From Firmicutes bacterium CAG:194 (lineage in GTDB: Bacteria; Bacillota; Clostridia; Lachnospirales; Lachnospiraceae), in the NCBI GenBank assembly GCA_000432915.1, contig HF995233.1, positions 100,637 through 164,636 on the forward strand: DNA of 64,000 nucleotides. The letters are read 5' to 3'. The notes under the pieces are model-generated. The model was not told where the DNA came from. It made no database searches and worked only from the letters and a program-made list of their open reading frames with translations. Positions 61,670 through 64,000 of the stretch are shown one piece after another (position 1 is the stretch's first letter; every line of letters starts with the position of its first letter). A program made the position numbers and the translations under genes.

Positions 61670-63071
61670 AAGCCTTTACATATACATAGTTTTCATTACT
61701 TCGTTTCATCGTTTCGTGGAATAACATGGCACGCAGCAGATCTTCTCCGCCCGTATCCGCCACGATCACATGCATGGAAAGTGCCTGCTCCACATCTGTG
61801 ATCGTCAGATCATCGAGGAATACTTCTTCTCCTGTCCGCAGCATATTGGACGGGATCAGCAGATAACTGCCCAGCTCTCTTCCGTTTTTCCGTTCTTCCT
61901 GTAATTGTGCGATCAGATCCTGCGCTGTGATCAGCCCGGAAACCGTGATCGTTTCCCCAAAGAAATCATTGCGGATCTGCTTCACATAGATCCGAAGTCC
62001 CGGAAATGCTTCCATTGTCTGCGCTGCAATTTTGGAAAGCATCGGTGCTGCCAATTTCCCCGTTGCGATCGTGATCGTCTGCAAAAGTGACTGTTTCAGT
62101 TGCTCATAGGTATCTTCCGCAATCTGCCTGTGCAGTGCTTCTTCAAACTCCGTCCATAAAAGGCGCATCATACCGACACCGTTTTCCAGCTGGATATAGC
62201 CATCGTAGCGTTCCTCCTCCGGGAAATCACGCTCCGCTAAAATATACCATTCATCACTGGCATGGATAAAATGCAGTCCGTATTTTTCATAAAAGCCCTG
62301 CTGATAGCTTTCGATCAGATCAATGACTGCTCCCGCCTCTTCCTTTGTATACAGATCCAGCTTCGGCAGATCATCACGGTACTTTGTAATTCCCGCCGGA
62401 ACCGCGGAAACGCTGCGCATAAAAGGCAGATATTTACTTAAATCTTCGATCGTACGACGCAGATGCTCCCCATCATTGATATTTTTACAGCAGACGATCT
62501 GTCCGTTCATTTCCACATGTCCTTCATACAGCTTGTCAATGAACTTCAGCTTGTCCCCCGCAAACCGGTTATGGAGCAGCTTACAGCGCAGCTCCGGTTC
62601 CGTAGACTGGACAGAAATATTGATTGGCGCAAGCTGCATCTTGATGATCCTGTCAATGTCCTTTTCCGTCATATTGGTCAGCGTGATATAATTGCCCTGT
62701 AAGAAAGAAAGACGGGAATCGTCATCCTTAAAATACAGTGTATCACGCATGCCCGGCGGCATCTGGTCGATAAAGCAGAACAGACATTTATTGCTGCAGC
62801 TTTTGTACTCGCTCATCAGATCATTTTCAAATTCCAGCCCCAGATCGTCATCATAGTCTTTTTCTATTTCAAGCTCCCATTCCTCGCCGTAGGGCTTGCG
62901 GATCAGTACGACCACATATTCGTCTTTGATCATATAGCGGTAATCAAAAACATCCTCGATCGGTTCGTCATTAATGGAAAGCAGTACATCCCCCGGCTCA
63001 ATCTCCATTTCTTCGGCAATAGAACCCGGCTGTACTTTACTGATTATATGTTCACATTTGTTTTTCTTCAT
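61638..63071 (-). CDS. PDZ plus DUF512 domain protein
   Basis: N-terminal PDZ-like region (GSIAEEMEIEPGDVLLSIND) and a long DUF512-like body. Confidence 0.55.
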   Translation of the reverse strand: MKKNKCEHIISKVQPGSIAEEMEIEPGDVLLSINDEPIEDVFDYRYMIKDEYVVVLIRKPYGEEWELEIEKDYDDDLGLEFENDLMSEYKSCSNKCLFCFIDQMPPGMRDTLYFKDDDSRLSFLQGNYITLTNMTEKDIDRIIKMQLAPINISVQSTEPELRCKLLHNRFAGDKLKFIDKLYEGHVEMNGQIVCCKNINDGEHLRRTIEDLSKYLPFMRSVSAVPAGITKYRDDLPKLDLYTKEEAGAVIDLIESYQQGFYEKYGLHFIHASDEWYILAERDFPEEERYDGYIQLENGVGMMRLLWTEFEEALHRQIAEDTYEQLKQSLLQTITIATGKLAAPMLSKIAAQTMEAFPGLRIYVKQIRNDFFGETITVSGLITAQDLIAQLQEERKNGRELGSYLLIPSNMLRTGEEVFLDDLTITDVEQALSMHVIVADTGGEDLLRAMLFHETMKRSNENYVYVKAYEEQEEGYEE

Positions 63072-63192
63072 TCTGACTGTCTTTCATATTGCTTATTTTC
63101 CTGTTGCAGAATTTATCTGCTCTGCGCTGATTATAACAAGAAACAGGGTATGATTCAAGTGCAGAGCACTCGCCTTCATACCCTATCCCGTG

Positions 63193-64000
63193 TTAAATAA
63201 TAATGCAAACCAGTCCGCCGTTTGTGTCATTGACGATCTTCTGCATGCTGTCCTGTAATTTCAACTGGCTTTCTTCTCCGATCATTGCAATTTTGGTTGT
63301 AATACCGTCCTGTACCATCTGTTCCACTGTTTTGCCAAAAATATTCGTATCCCAGATACCGTCAGATGTTTCATTCTGTCCGATATACCCGATCAGATCC
63401 TCTGCCTGTTCCTTGGTACCGACGATCGGTGCGATTTCCGTCTCGATATTGGCACGGATCATATGGATCGATGGGCTCTTTGCCTTGATCTTGACACCAT
63501 ATTTGCTGCCATGACGGATAACCTCCGGTGCTTCCAGCTCAATCTCGCTGCGTTCCGGTGTTACCACACCATATCCCTTCTGTCTTACCTGATCGATCGC
63601 CTGCAATACCTTCTTATATTCCTTCTGCATTTTAGAGGCTTCTTCGAGATAGTCCAAAAGCTCATATTCGCTTTCCACCGGCTGTCCGAGCAGGTCACTC
63701 AGCATTTCATAATAGTAGCTTTCATCAATATCCAGATAGCATTTGACACTACCATCTGCCAGATTGATCCCATCCATCCTCGTCTTTTTCACATAAGTGT
63801 CAGAAAGCATGATCGGATGCTCCATGATATCCCGCATATAGGAATAAGCCGGCATAAACTGGCGGATCTCCTGCAGTACACTTTCTTTCAGCGGATGCTC
63901 TGCAGGCAGCATTTCCACCCATTTTGGCATATAAAATTCCATACAGCTGATCGGAAATTCCAGCAGGATATTTTCCATGATCCTATTGATATCTTCTTTT
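63193..64000 (-). CDS. spoIVA: Stage IV sporulation protein A (SpoIVA), C-terminal ~270 aa. The N-terminus lies beyond the window end.
   Basis: The frame is open to nt 64000. Middle and C-terminal regions end in NDTNGGLVCIII. Confidence 0.5.
   Translation of the reverse strand, partial: KEDINRIMENILLEFPISCMEFYMPKWVEMLPAEHPLKESVLQEIRQFMPAYSYMRDIMEHPIMLSDTYVKKTRMDGINLADGSVKCYLDIDESYYYEMLSDLLGQPVESEYELLDYLEEASKMQKEYKKVLQAIDQVRQKGYGVVTPERSEIELEAPEVIRHGSKYGVKIKAKSPSIHMIRANIETEIAPIVGTKEQAEDLIGYIGQNETSDGIWDTNIFGKTVEQMVQDGITTKIAMIGEESQLKLQDSMQKIVNDTNGGLVCIII

Overview
This 64-kb window reads as conserved chromosomal core of a Firmicutes (Clostridia / Lachnospiraceae-like) genome: moderate GC, AGGAGG-type ribosome-binding sites, several TTG/GTG starts, and very tight gene packing, mostly on the minus strand. 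I found no CRISPR array, insertion sequence, prophage or recognisable defence island.

Recognisable genes, in order:
- rng (5' partial), a NUDIX hydrolase, rplU-prp-rpmA-obg-yhbY-nadD-yqeK-rsfS.
- An SOS module: lexA divergent from a LysM/TM yneA-like gene, with Cheo-type LexA boxes between them. A tyrosine recombinase sits convergent to the yneA-like gene.
- A TtcA-like tRNA thiolase, a G1P-dehydrogenase-like ADH, an AI-2E transporter, a cmk-like protein, a secreted CAP-domain protein and a GH43-type hydrolase with an N-terminal frameshift.
- An uncharacterised GGGtGRT-family gene pair.
- A long minus-strand operon: argH, asd, GGDEF/EAL, DUF234 ATPase, topB, LbH acetyltransferase.
- An ABC ATPase plus permease, tRNA-Thr(CGT), mscS, and glgB carrying an E/K/A-rich coiled-coil tail.
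- DUF1015, serA-serC, an L,D-transpeptidase, ilvB-ilvD-leuB, a DUF815 ATPase, yajC-tgt, xth and a VanY-like carboxypeptidase.
- aroC, eno, flavodoxin plus a DUF3793-like gene, nrdD-nrdG, and a WYL regulator plus HAD hydrolase.
- A second long operon: DUF512-punA-cdd-mtaD-like, a membrane MutS-like ATPase, rnhA and a small TM protein, then spoIVA (partial).

The most unusual signals are non-coding:
- A family of roughly 170-255-nt hairpin-forming palindromic repeats with conserved ends, in three copies (two adjacent near 33.8-34.2 kb, one near 51.7-51.9 kb).
- A roughly 90-nt conserved structured element, in two copies about 20 kb apart, each about 20 nt after a stop codon (permease, aroC) and followed by terminator-like hairpins.
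- Several short palindromic operator-like motifs: LexA boxes, an ARG box, a GTTAG-N8-CTAAC pair, and a GGGGCTTTTGACCCC hairpin motif.

Every call below rests on reading the translated ORFs and the raw sequence by eye. No database searches were run.
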